Shown here in pieces: positions 17,601 to 26,147 of a stretch of DNA of 31,621 nucleotides. Location of the stretch: positions 1 to 31,621 of IMG/VR virus record IMGVR_UViG_3300048855_000165. The stretch is one strand, 5' to 3'. The notes under the pieces are model-generated. The model saw nothing but the letters and a program-made list of their open reading frames with translations, made no database searches and had not been told where the DNA came from. This DNA is from a virus (lineage: Duplodnaviria; Caudoviricetes). The stretch's first letter is position 1. Every line of letters starts with the position of its first letter. The position numbers were made by a program, and so were the translations under genes.

Positions 17601-18259
17601 CAGACGTCACCCTCTTGGAAGGTGATTTCGCCGCCTACGAGCGTACCGCCGTCATTGCCACAGAGACCATAGCCGCCATAGCGCGACAGGAGCCACGAAC
17701 CGGGATTCAGGACCTTGTTGTTCTCATTCCGAGCATCGACGCTCTTCGCCTGGCGCAGCGCCTTATCCGTGCGCTTCTCAAGCTTGTCCTCAAGCGTGTC
17801 GCCCGAGGTCAGCCGTCCGCACGTGTCGTAGGCCAGCTTCGCAGCGACGTAGCGCCAGAACATCGTCGGCCATGACGCGACGTCGTCCATCTTGTCGCGG
17901 CTGATGTACCGCAGATAGAGCACGTTCGTGTTCGCATGCAGGAAGCCGTTTTCATCGACATAGTCGTAGAACCGCGTCCGGAACTCAGGGCTGCTATTAA
18001 TGGCAACCGTCCGCATCCAGTCGGTCGGATAATCGAACACAAAGGTCCAGCCAACCGCAGGCGTCTCGGTGTTATTGAGCGACAGAGCTACAGAGAGCTT
18101 GGCAAAGTTCCAGTCACCTGCATTGAAGGCCTCCTCGACGACGCCATCCCAAGCGGCGCCGAACGTATAAACGGCCGGCACATCATCGGTGAGCGTCGAA
18201 ATGGTCTCCTTCTGGAGATAGACGAGAGCTTGCTTCCACACCTGTAGCTTGTCGGCCAT
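17600..18259 (-). CDS. Tail tubular protein A / adaptor (T7 gp11-like)
   Basis: WNFAK, FDYPTDWMR, LRYIS, FWRYVAAKLAY, AKSVDARNE motifs; position before nozzle gene. Confidence 0.85.
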   Translation of the reverse strand: MADKLQVWKQALVYLQKETISTLTDDVPAVYTFGAAWDGVVEEAFNAGDWNFAKLSVALSLNNTETPAVGWTFVFDYPTDWMRTVAINSSPEFRTRFYDYVDENGFLHANTNVLYLRYISRDKMDDVASWPTMFWRYVAAKLAYDTCGRLTSGDTLEDKLEKRTDKALRQAKSVDARNENNKVLNPGSWLLSRYGGYGLCGNDGGTLVGGEITFQEGDV

Positions 18260-18261
18260 GC

Positions 18262-18699
18262 TTATTCGCCCTTCAGAAGCTCGATGTATTTCGCGGCGGC
18301 GCGTTCAGCGGCATCCTTCGACTCGAAGCCGTGTTGGATAACCTCGCCGTTATGGATGAAGCGCCACTTGTGGACCGGGCCGCCATGGCTGATGACCGGC
18401 GCGGAGATTTCCGCATCCTTCACCTTGGGCGCGGCCTTCTCGTCGTAGACACGGAGCACGCGGACCTTTGCCGATGTCTTCGTGACCGACAGGACCCGAA
18501 GGTCACAATCAAGTTTGTGGTCATCGGAAAGGACGCTGATCGTGGCGCCGACCCGCAAACTATTCAGATGGTTCCCGAAGTACTCCGGGTGCGTAACGTC
18601 TTCGAGCGTGGTTTCAGCAGGAACAGTCGCAGCAAATCGGCCGATCGAGTAATCAGCCTGCATGAAGCGATGGCCCGCCAGCTTTTGAATACTGGTCAT
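18262..18699 (-). CDS. Hypothetical phage protein (145 aa)
   Basis: SD AGGTGAG; in operon between capsid genes and tail tube A. Confidence 0.75.
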   Translation of the reverse strand: MTSIQKLAGHRFMQADYSIGRFAATVPAETTLEDVTHPEYFGNHLNSLRVGATISVLSDDHKLDCDLRVLSVTKTSAKVRVLRVYDEKAAPKVKDAEISAPVISHGGPVHKWRFIHNGEVIQHGFESKDAAERAAAKYIELLKGE

Positions 18700-18704
18700 G
18701 GTCT

Positions 18705-18725
18705 TCTCACCTATCGAAATGGAAA
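18705..18725 (-). repeat. Late-operon motif TTTCCATTTC-NN-TAGGTGAGA, copy 2
   Basis: 19/21 identical to 25377-25397; lies directly after the capsid terminator U-tract. Confidence 0.75.
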
Positions 18726-18728
18726 CGG

Positions 18729-18760
18729 AAAAGGGGCCAATCCAATTCTGGATCGACCCC
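18729..18760 (-). terminator. Intrinsic terminator after the capsid genes (T7 Tphi-like position)
   Basis: Minus strand GGGGTCGATCC-agaatt-GGATTGGCCCC-TTTT. Confidence 0.75.
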
Positions 18761-18768
18761 GAGACACC

Positions 18769-19074
18769 TTAGTCAGTATCGGTCGCCGTAACGGCCAGGC
18801 CGTCCGTCAGATCGATGCCCAGAGCGTCCGTGCCGGTTGCTTCGTCGAGGACAAAGCAGATGTTGATGGCAGAGACGGCGCCCGCCGGGAGAGAAGCGCG
18901 CGTGCGGACAATGACGATATCGCCCTGCCGTGCGCCCTTCTGATAGCCGTCAGACACATAGTTCGACGTGTTGACCGTGGCGATTGCGTCGGTCGAGTCC
19001 AGCAGCCACATGTTGCAGGAGCTGTTGGAGAGGCCGCCCATGAGCAGCTTGAAGCCAGAAGATACGTAAGCCAT
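18769..19074 (-). CDS. Putative capsid decoration / minor head protein (101 aa)
   Basis: Strong TAAGGAGG SD, directly after MCP and before the terminator; beta-rich (GDIVIV). Confidence 0.7.
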   Translation of the reverse strand: MAYVSSGFKLLMGGLSNSSCNMWLLDSTDAIATVNTSNYVSDGYQKGARQGDIVIVRTRASLPAGAVSAINICFVLDEATGTDALGIDLTDGLAVTATDTD

Positions 19075-19086
19075 TTGCGCGCCTCC

Positions 19087-19923
19087 TTAGCTGAACGCTG
19101 CGGTGTCGTCGGTGATGACCTCGATGACGCCCGCCTGCTGGAGGATGATGGCGCCGTCGTAGATCGTGTGACGCGAGTACGAGTAATCGTCCTCATCGTT
19201 GTAGCCGACCCCAACCTGGATGTTGTCCTGCGCGATAGCGTGGCCGACAGCCGGCTTCGCGAAGATGAAGTTGGAGGCGGTGGCCGTACCCTTGCCAGGG
19301 AGACCGTTGTGCATGATGTGCTTGGCGCCGAGCCAGATTTTCGGACGATCGAGCGTCAGGCCGACGAGCGGCTTGGACTCGATGTAGTCCGCGGACGCAA
19401 ACTGCTGGAAGGTCAGCAGACGGGCCCACGCCTTCGGGGTCCAGAGGCAGGTGATTTCGTTGCCGGACATCACGTCGTTTTCGAAAAGCTCCGAAAGCGC
19501 GTCTACGGTCTTGCCGTAGGTGAGAGTCTGAGCAGCGCCGCCTGCGTACTGGTTGGTCGCCGTCGCCAGGGCATCGATGATGGTGTAGTCGATTTCACGA
19601 GCGGCAGCATTGGCGCCGGCATTCTGCATGGCTTCACGCAGGTTTGCCGGGGCTGTGAAGACATCGAAGCCAGTCCGCGTTTCCTTGGAGTGCTTCTCCG
19701 CGAGGGTAACGGTCGGCTGGGTGTCGGTGCGGTTACGGGACGGGATAAGTCCGTTCGTGCCGCGAGTCGTCATGCGGCCGGCAGCACCCTGCAAAGCAAA
19801 CTTTGCGGTGAGACCGGAGAGCATTTCTTCCTTGGTAACGCAGTCCTTGAGGTAGGTTTCGCCGCGCTGAAATGCGACGACCCACTCATCAACGAACTGG
19901 TCTTTCGTAATCATGTACGACAT
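19087..19923 (-). CDS. Major capsid protein (278 aa)
   Basis: After scaffold; QFVDEWVVAFQRGETYLK, AAAREIDYTIIDAL, KIWLGAKHIMHNGL and GAIILQQAGVIEV patterns typical of podoviral HK97-fold capsids. Confidence 0.85.
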   Translation of the reverse strand: MSYMITKDQFVDEWVVAFQRGETYLKDCVTKEEMLSGLTAKFALQGAAGRMTTRGTNGLIPSRNRTDTQPTVTLAEKHSKETRTGFDVFTAPANLREAMQNAGANAAAREIDYTIIDALATATNQYAGGAAQTLTYGKTVDALSELFENDVMSGNEITCLWTPKAWARLLTFQQFASADYIESKPLVGLTLDRPKIWLGAKHIMHNGLPGKGTATASNFIFAKPAVGHAIAQDNIQVGVGYNDEDDYSYSRHTIYDGAIILQQAGVIEVITDDTAAFS

Positions 19924-19960
19924 AGACGTGTCCTTGATTGATGTTGGGAGGTTGGATTTC

Positions 19961-20100
19961 AGCCGTGGTCAGGGTGCCGTTTAGCGCGTTCACGGGATGC
20001 CTCGCACATGGCAAGGGGCCGGTACGTTGCGTTCAACGGGGCTTCGCATCAGCTTGAATGTTCGGGTGGTTTAGGTGCGGGGCCGTTTCCGGGGTGCCGC
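19961..20100 (-). ncRNA. Candidate cis-regulatory RNA in the capsid leader with three CC/CAYC internal loops
   Basis: Hand-folded: GNRA-capped hairpin at 20077-20100 and a long nested hairpin at 19961-20054 carrying two more copies of the same 2x4 internal loop. Confidence 0.6.
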
Positions 20101-20121
20101 GGGTATTGCAAACGCGCCGGG

Positions 20122-21075
20122 TTACTTCCGGGCGTTGATCTTGTCGCGCTGCGCGTACAGCTTCGTAATCTTCTGCTGCACGTCGTCGCTCTTGTATTTC
20201 TCTGGGTCCTTGACGCGGAGAGACAGAAGCTCGTCAATGCGCTCCTGAACCGTTTTTGCGGTCGTCTCGACATCGCCAGTCATGATGGCATTGCCGCCGT
20301 AATAATCGGCGCCGAGCTGGGCCATCATCTTCACGAATTCAATGTTGTCCTGAAGGCGGGAGCCGTCCATTAGACGGAGGCCCATCATACCCTCGAAACC
20401 TTCCTTGCCGAGGTGCGCCGTCATGAGCTGCTGAGCGGCGCCAATGTTGCCGTCGTATTCGCCGCCCCATTCGTTCCGGAGTGCGGCTTGCGTCTCCTTC
20501 GCTACCTTGGCAAGATTGCCGTCAAGCTCCTGCTGCTGAGCCGTCGCGAAGTCCTGATACCAGTCCAGGGCAGCGGCGGCAGCTGCTGGCGGCACGTTTC
20601 TAGCGTGCATAGCCTGCTTGAAGTCTCCCAGGATGGCCTTGTCAGCCTCCGTGGCCTGGTACCCCTCGCGGAAATCGCCAGGATATGCCGTTGGATCTTC
20701 CGGAATTCCCATCGCCTCGCGATAGGCCTTCACCTCTTCCGGGGTCGATTTGTCAGAGAGCGCGGGCAGTTTGGGGCCGCCGTTCTTCGCAGTGTTGTAA
20801 GCCTCACGGAAGCCGCGCGAAATTGCATCGATCGACTTGTAGCGGGCGAGCTGCTTCAGGATCGTTTCATCGCCGCCCGCCAGCTTCTCGCGGAACGCCT
20901 GCAATTCGCCATCGCCGGCCGGAGAAGCACCAGTGTCCGTTGCGCCTGCTTTCGGAGCAGCGCCGGTATCGACCTGTCCAGACTTGGACGTATCGACTGC
21001 ATCACTGCTTTGCGCGGTCTGCGTTCCTGTCGTCTGCGGGCTTTCCACTGCGCCTGTCGTGTTTTGGTCCGTCAT
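20122..21075 (-). CDS. Capsid scaffolding / assembly protein
   Basis: Low-complexity Thr/Ala N-terminus, YREAMGIPEDPTAY, LRNEWGGEYD, C-terminal KITKLY; SD AGGTGAG before ATG 21075. Confidence 0.82.
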   Translation of the reverse strand: MTDQNTTGAVESPQTTGTQTAQSSDAVDTSKSGQVDTGAAPKAGATDTGASPAGDGELQAFREKLAGGDETILKQLARYKSIDAISRGFREAYNTAKNGGPKLPALSDKSTPEEVKAYREAMGIPEDPTAYPGDFREGYQATEADKAILGDFKQAMHARNVPPAAAAAALDWYQDFATAQQQELDGNLAKVAKETQAALRNEWGGEYDGNIGAAQQLMTAHLGKEGFEGMMGLRLMDGSRLQDNIEFVKMMAQLGADYYGGNAIMTGDVETTAKTVQERIDELLSLRVKDPEKYKSDDVQQKITKLYAQRDKINARK

Positions 21076-21394
21076 TTCTCTCACCTGCCAAAATTGAAAT
21101 GGAATGGGTCATCAGCTTGCGGAGCTGGTGCCCTACGTGCTGCTTGCCGGCGGCAAAGGTCGTGTCCCTTTCGCCCCCGTGCTCTTCTGGCATCCATGCC
21201 AGGTTGTTGATCCCGCAAACATGCAGGATTGCCGCGATGGCTCGTTGCTGCTGCTCTGCGCTGGCAATGCCCTTGGAAACCGCCTGGATAGCCACGCAGT
21301 CGGCCTTGCGGATCTCCAAGTCACTTGTAGGCTGCTCATTGTCACAGCGAACGGTGACCGGGTGCCAGGGACGATAAGGGCGCCGCTCAGCCAT
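21002..21394 (-). CDS. Small head-module protein (BPP-1 Bbp19-like position)
   Basis: Between portal and scaffold; TTFAAGKQHVGHQL resembles the TAFxEGxRxVG motif of this family. Confidence 0.7.
   Translation of the reverse strand: MAERRPYRPWHPVTVRCDNEQPTSDLEIRKADCVAIQAVSKGIASAEQQQRAIAAILHVCGINNLAWMPEEHGGERDTTFAAGKQHVGHQLRKLMTHSISILAGERNDGPKHDRRSGKPADDRNADRAKQ
21079..21104 (-). repeat. Late-operon motif, copy 3 (gapped: TTCCATTTC-N9-AGGTGAGA)
   Basis: Same two blocks as copies 1 and 2 with a longer spacer, directly before the scaffold start. Confidence 0.55.
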
Positions 21395-23060
21395 TCATTG
21401 CCGCCTGTATCTGCTGGGCTGCATTGCCGACCATGCCGGCAACCTCTGCACCCTGCCCGACCTCCTGCATTTGCTGCTGGGCCACCATCTGCTCTTGCAT
21501 TGCCTGACGACCGGCGTCGGCCTCTTCCTTGCTGACGAGCCAGTCCGCACGACCACCGGGCACGGCGCCGAATGCATCGCGGAACATGGTCCGGGTGTCG
21601 ACGTCGGAGGCGAGCGACGGATCGAGGGCCATACCAGCCTGAAGAACCGCGGCCGACTCCTGGTATCCGTTGATGACCTGACGGTCGCGAGCTTCCTTCA
21701 GCGAGTTGTTGAACTCGTAGGTGATGTTCTGCCCGAGCAAGATGTCCGGCATGTCCACCGGAATTCCGTTCCGGTCCACCGGACCATACCCACCGGCACG
21801 CATCACCTTTTCCGTGACAAGATCCAGCGTGGCGCCGGTCCATTCGTCCTCGATCGGCTCGAACAGCGGCAGCGCGTGGCGTATGTATTCCTGCACCATC
21901 TGCGATGCCTGATAGGCCGTCACTTCACGGCCTTGTAGAGAGGCCATCGGAGCCAGCTTGTTGAGGTAGAATGCTTCCGTGAGCGTGTTGCGGGCATCGT
22001 TGACAAGATCGATCCCGAGGCCGACGTTCTTGCCGAGGTCGACGGCGCGGAGGGCTGCGCCAAGTCGCTCGTCATATTCGGAATCAATGAACGTGATGCC
22101 GTTCGGGGTCAGGTCCACGGGCGAAACGACCGCGTCCTGAGTGGCAATCATGGGCGGATCAACCTGCTTTTCGCCCGCTTCGATGATGGTCATCATCATG
22201 CGCTGGAGCATGCGGGCCTGTGGGATCGCAGTGACGACCGCAGGCGAGAAGGCGTAGAAGTGGCCGCTGACCGTCTTCCAGCGAGGGACGATGTAATCGA
22301 ACGTGAAGGCCGGCAGTTCCTGCAGGATGGTGCCGTCTTCCGTCACATAGACGTCGGCCCATTTCGCGCCCTTCGGGAACTTGCGATACGGCTCGTACAC
22401 TTCGAGCGGAATGAAGATGTGACGAACCTTGAACGTGCTGGTGACGTCCTTTCGCTGGAGGGCGTCCTTGACCGGCTTCGGGAGTTTGTCCTCTCCGAAG
22501 AGATAGGCCATCGTGTGCGCCTTCATATCGCACTTGCGATGCACGTGATTGACGCGCCCGTCGTGACCCTCGCAGCCGGCCATATTCCGCGGGTGGTGCG
22601 TCCTGAAGAGCAGGTTATCGCGCTTCTTGCTGTAGCTGACCTGCACCCAGCCCATGCCGAACGCTGAAAAGTCATGCTCGCACTCGTTCGCTGCTCGACG
22701 ATAGCCGCTGTCCCGCGAATACAGGATTGCGCGGTTCACGTCGGTCATGAATTCGAGGAACTGTTTTGCCGCACTGTCCCGGGCAACGCGCTCATTCGAG
22801 GCGCTGGCCTTGAACCATTGCCGGTCGGACGGCCGGACCATGGAGCCGATCTGGTCGCCAAGCTCGCGGCGGACCTGCACCGGATAGGAGTCCGTCAGGT
22901 GAGAGGCAAACTCCTGGCCCAGGATGAGCTCTTGCGTGAAGCTCGCGCGCTCCGGATAGAAGAACTCGGCAATCTCCTGGTGGAAACTGTCGAGGCTTCC
23001 CTTTGTCGAGAACAGCCGAGAATCAATCTCCATCAGATCTTTGCCGGCTCTATCCGCCAT
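21387..23060 (-). CDS. Portal protein (head-to-tail connector), 557 aa
   Basis: EIAEFFYPER, RQWF, DFSAFGMG, YIVPRW, VDPPM, VTAYQ motifs of T7/BPP-1-type connectors. Confidence 0.92.
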   Translation of the reverse strand: MADRAGKDLMEIDSRLFSTKGSLDSFHQEIAEFFYPERASFTQELILGQEFASHLTDSYPVQVRRELGDQIGSMVRPSDRQWFKASASNERVARDSAAKQFLEFMTDVNRAILYSRDSGYRRAANECEHDFSAFGMGWVQVSYSKKRDNLLFRTHHPRNMAGCEGHDGRVNHVHRKCDMKAHTMAYLFGEDKLPKPVKDALQRKDVTSTFKVRHIFIPLEVYEPYRKFPKGAKWADVYVTEDGTILQELPAFTFDYIVPRWKTVSGHFYAFSPAVVTAIPQARMLQRMMMTIIEAGEKQVDPPMIATQDAVVSPVDLTPNGITFIDSEYDERLGAALRAVDLGKNVGLGIDLVNDARNTLTEAFYLNKLAPMASLQGREVTAYQASQMVQEYIRHALPLFEPIEDEWTGATLDLVTEKVMRAGGYGPVDRNGIPVDMPDILLGQNITYEFNNSLKEARDRQVINGYQESAAVLQAGMALDPSLASDVDTRTMFRDAFGAVPGGRADWLVSKEEADAGRQAMQEQMVAQQQMQEVGQGAEVAGMVGNAAQQIQAAMNG

Positions 23061-23272
23061 CAGTTCGCACCGAGAGTCGAGCGCGTGAATTCACGGCCGA
23101 TGGTGCCGGGGACAGGCGCCAACCGGTCAGTCGCGGAGCTGCTGGTCGTATTGAGCGTGCGCGTCTGCTTCCGGCGCTGGCGCTTTGCCAACGGGTCTTC
23201 CGGATCGGGCATCGTCGCCGGGGGCTCGGGATCGGGATAGTCGGGCTTGTCGCCGCCAAAGAGTTTTCCCAT
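23060..23272 (-). CDS. Small Pro-rich virion-associated protein (70 aa)
   Basis: MGKLFGGDKPDYPDPEPP...TLG; TGATG coupling to both TerL and portal. Confidence 0.72.
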   Translation of the reverse strand: MGKLFGGDKPDYPDPEPPATMPDPEDPLAKRQRRKQTRTLNTTSSSATDRLAPVPGTIGREFTRSTLGAN

Positions 23273-24867
23273 CAGCGTTTTCCTCGCAGTCGAGCCTTCA
23301 GTGAGGCATTGGAAGTGACGGATTGGAGCCGGTGGCGCTGCTGCTCCCGGCGTTCCTGTGCGGCTTTCGGGCGCTTGAGACCGCCCAGCTTCGAGGCTGA
23401 AAGCATTATGGTCGTGTCACCCTTGTCAGGCGATCGACCGAGCATTTCCTTCATTTCGTCTTTGGGAAGGACGACAATCTCCTCACCGCCGCCCCCTGCC
23501 CGTATCTCGTACCGAAATGCACAGAGATCAGCCGTCAATTCCGGGTCAGGGGGCAGGGCAATTTGCGATCCGAAATCCGGGTCAAGCTGCTCGCGGAATT
23601 GCCAAACCACTTGCGAGCGAAGGTTCTTGAAGCCGTACATGCCTTCTCGGGTGCGAGAGGCAGAGGCAGACCCGCCCTTGAAGCCGAAGCAATCAACATC
23701 GGCATGGGCCAGTTGCGTCAGGGTATCGCCGCCATACCCGCCGCCAGCATCGACAATCACACGGCAACGGTCGCGCATTTCCTTGATGATCAGACCGGCG
23801 ACGGTCGGACCGTCCGGTGTTTCGCTGCCCTTGTAGCTGCTGAAACGGGAATACCACCAATCGTACCGGGTCTGGATCTGCGTCTTGTCCGGCCCACCCT
23901 GAGCCACGTCTGCGGCAACCGCGGTCATCGGAACGTCTTCGGGCGGTCGTTCTGTCCACCGGGCCTGGGCGGCCTTCACCCATTTCGTGGGAATGACCTG
24001 CCAAGGATCGTCTTCCGCCTCGACATCGAAAGCACCGTTGCGCAAACGCTCGCGAAGCTCCTTCGGAAGAGCATTCAGCCTCGAAGCGTACCCGGTCGCC
24101 ATCAGGTCCGGGTTGTCTTCCAGTCTCGAAGGAATGAATGTACGGGATACCGCTTCGACCCATTCACCATTTACCCAATGCGGGCCCCTGCCCTCGACCT
24201 CAATGTCTTCGCCGTCAACGGTCGTGAACCAACGCAGTTCGCCAGGCGCGGCCGGGTTCGGGTGCGACGGGTCGAGCCACGGCGCCCAGTACTTGATAAC
24301 CCACATGCCCTGCGCAGAGGTTGGCGGGTTTCCAGTGGCGACGATGCGGCATTTCCCACCGGAAGCGTCACGGTTCCACGCGTTCACGTAGCGGAACTGC
24401 GTTTCTGTGAACTGGGTGATTTCGTCCCAGCCCTTCAGGTCGTTCTGACGGCCCTGGTATTTCTCCTTGTCCGTCTCGTTCGGCATGCCGGCGAACTGCA
24501 GCCGGTTTCCAGCCGGCAGGCGCCACTTATGGACCTGGCTGTTGTAGCCCTCACGCGTGCCAAGAATGCGCTCGACTTCCTTCTCAAGCCCGTCAACCTG
24601 GGGGATCTGACGACGGAATATGAGGCTGTCCTTGTGGCGCTCGATCGCCAGACCGCACAACAGCGTGGTTTTGCCTCCTCCAGCCCCACCGCCGTAGAAA
24701 AGCTCATCGGCTTCCGAGAACCATGCTTCCGTTTGCGGGCCAGGGTTCGGAATAAAGTGGTTCGCCTTCGTCGCTTCGATGGCCTGGCGGGTGACTTCCT
24801 CGCGTTCCTTTGGCGGGAGAGCGTCGAGCGCCCTCAGAATGTCATTCAGTGCCATCGTCAACGTCAC
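23272..24867 (-). CDS. terL: Terminase large subunit
   Basis: Walker A YGGGAGGGKT, Walker B WDEITQF, ATGNPP coupling motif, nuclease AADVAQGGPD and SPDKGD; alternative start ATG 24855. Confidence 0.95.
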   Translation of the reverse strand: MTLTMALNDILRALDALPPKEREEVTRQAIEATKANHFIPNPGPQTEAWFSEADELFYGGGAGGGKTTLLCGLAIERHKDSLIFRRQIPQVDGLEKEVERILGTREGYNSQVHKWRLPAGNRLQFAGMPNETDKEKYQGRQNDLKGWDEITQFTETQFRYVNAWNRDASGGKCRIVATGNPPTSAQGMWVIKYWAPWLDPSHPNPAAPGELRWFTTVDGEDIEVEGRGPHWVNGEWVEAVSRTFIPSRLEDNPDLMATGYASRLNALPKELRERLRNGAFDVEAEDDPWQVIPTKWVKAAQARWTERPPEDVPMTAVAADVAQGGPDKTQIQTRYDWWYSRFSSYKGSETPDGPTVAGLIIKEMRDRCRVIVDAGGGYGGDTLTQLAHADVDCFGFKGGSASASRTREGMYGFKNLRSQVVWQFREQLDPDFGSQIALPPDPELTADLCAFRYEIRAGGGGEEIVVLPKDEMKEMLGRSPDKGDTTIMLSASKLGGLKRPKAAQERREQQRHRLQSVTSNASLKARLRGKR

Positions 24868-25375
24868 GGACGCCCTGGGCGAGTACGAAGGCGAGGCGGC
24901 GAGCTATTTCGTTCTTGGAAAGGCTCTTCTCTTCCGTCTGGATCGGGTCCATTTCCTTCGATCCGCCAACGGCAATCTTGTCGCCGTATTTCTTCGGAAG
25001 CAGCCGAGCGGCGATCCACTTACGGGTATCGATCCGGAGAGCGGACCGGCGGATTGCTTCCCCGTTTTCCTTCCAGCCGACGCTTTCGCCCTCGTTGCCG
25101 TGGCGCTCCATCCAGTCGTTGCGACCGTCATCGGAGATTTCAACCATCTCATCAGCCATCAGCTCGGCCTGCGCTTCTCGGGCCCGCGCGTACTGTTCGC
25201 GAAAGACGTCGTTGGTTGCCAGCCACCGGCAAACGGTTCCCGCGTGAGGCATTCCATCATCGGAGCAAATGGCACGAAGGCTTTCACCCTGTGTGAGCCG
25301 CTCGCATATCGTGTCTGCCAGCTCTTCGGAGTACAACGAAGGCCGGCCGCTTTTTGCAGCGCCCGTGTCAGCCAT
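24842..25375 (-). CDS. terS: Terminase small subunit (Sf6 gp1-like)
   Basis: GRPSLYSEELADTICERL..GESLRAIC..MP...TVCRWL..FREQYARARE..RIDTRKW...PKKYGDK. Confidence 0.92.
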   Translation of the reverse strand: MADTGAAKSGRPSLYSEELADTICERLTQGESLRAICSDDGMPHAGTVCRWLATNDVFREQYARAREAQAELMADEMVEISDDGRNDWMERHGNEGESVGWKENGEAIRRSALRIDTRKWIAARLLPKKYGDKIAVGGSKEMDPIQTEEKSLSKNEIARRLAFVLAQGVRDVDDGTE

Positions 25376-25376
25376 G

Positions 25377-25397
25377 TCTCACCTACTGAAATGGAAA
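25377..25397 (-). repeat. Late-operon motif TTTCCATTTC-NN-TAGGTGAGA, copy 1
   Basis: Immediately before the terS ATG; 19/21 identical to 18705-18725. Confidence 0.75.
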
Positions 25398-25472
25398 ACC
25401 GCTTTCCCGCGGCGGGGGATGTTGATATCCACGAGACCCACAGGCACGTGGCGCGACATTAAGGAGGAATGG

Positions 25473-25709
25473 ATGAAGTTGTTTGTTGCTAAGCTGAAAT
25501 ACAAGAACGGGGACCGCGCACACCCATGGACGCTCTTTGCCCCCAGCTACGCTGAAGCCGTTCGGCGGCTCGAAACCGGGGCCTACGAGGATGAGTTCTC
25601 CGAAATTGTGATTAAAGAAGTCGATGACGCCAGCCATTTCGGCCGTGATGCCAGCAAGCCGGACAACGCGATAATGGAACACCCCACTATAGAATGGCGG
25701 CAGGGTTGA
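25473..25709 (+). CDS. Hypothetical protein (78 aa), antisense moron gene 1
   Basis: TAAGGAGG SD then ATG 25473 (MKLFVAKLKYKNG...). Confidence 0.7.
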   Translation: MKLFVAKLKYKNGDRAHPWTLFAPSYAEAVRRLETGAYEDEFSEIVIKEVDDASHFGRDASKPDNAIMEHPTIEWRQG

Positions 25710-25714
25710 AGCGG

Positions 25715-26005
25715 ATGACCGAGAACGAGTTGAGGCTTGAAGCGCGCTTGGCTGCGATAGAGTACATGATAGGCCACTCGTTAAGCCGGTTCTATTTCAC
25801 CGCCGGAGTGACGGATGACCAGCTGGACGCCGCGGAGGCCCGCGGGAGGGAGACGTTGGCCGCCACGAGTTTCCCTGGAGTGGACCCAGCTCTCGCGGAC
25901 CACTTCTCAGCCGAGATTCAAGAGAACATCGAGCGGTTGCAGGGGATCGCCAGAGACATGCTCAAAGACATTCGCCACCGCGCTAACGAACTCTATGAAA
26001 GGTGA
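25715..26005 (+). CDS. Hypothetical helical protein (96 aa), antisense moron gene 2
   Basis: ATG 5 nt after the previous stop (MTENELRLEARLAAIE...). Confidence 0.68.
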   Translation: MTENELRLEARLAAIEYMIGHSLSRFYFTAGVTDDQLDAAEARGRETLAATSFPGVDPALADHFSAEIQENIERLQGIARDMLKDIRHRANELYER

Positions 26006-26021
26006 TGCACACCGGAATTTT

Positions 26022-26115
26022 GGCAAAGTAAAGCCGAGGCGGGGAAAGCGAAATCTCCCCAGAGCCTCGTGGGTCACTCTATGGCGCCCAGCAGAACAGG
26101 CTGCAAATCGCTGCC
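26022..26115 (-). ncRNA. Structured late-transcript leader (three adjacent hairpins)
   Basis: Stems at 26091-26104, 26070-26090 and 26035-26069 (CGAGGC/GCCTCG plus purine/pyrimidine inner stem); possible closing stem 26111-26115 with 26022-26026. Confidence 0.55.
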
Positions 26116-26118
26116 GAT

Positions 26119-26147
26119 AATCTAAGCTACTCGCCTGATACTTTCAA
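26119..26147 (-). promoter_or_regulatory. Predicted late promoter (pR'-like) overlapping the 3' end of the NusG paralog
   Basis: cTTGAAA-17 nt-TAGATT on the minus strand. Confidence 0.65.

Noticed and set aside
18331-19941. 536-aa plus-strand ORF antisense to the capsid genes
   Set aside because: Shadow ORF from GC-rich codon bias of the real minus-strand genes; no motif or SD, Arg/Val-rich composition
20031-20045. Near-SOS box GTTC-N7-CTTC in the capsid leader
   Set aside because: One mismatch, and the bases are explained by the RNA stem structure
23563-25296. 577-aa plus-strand ORF antisense to the terminase genes
   Set aside because: Antisense shadow of well-supported terL/terS; no recognisable domain
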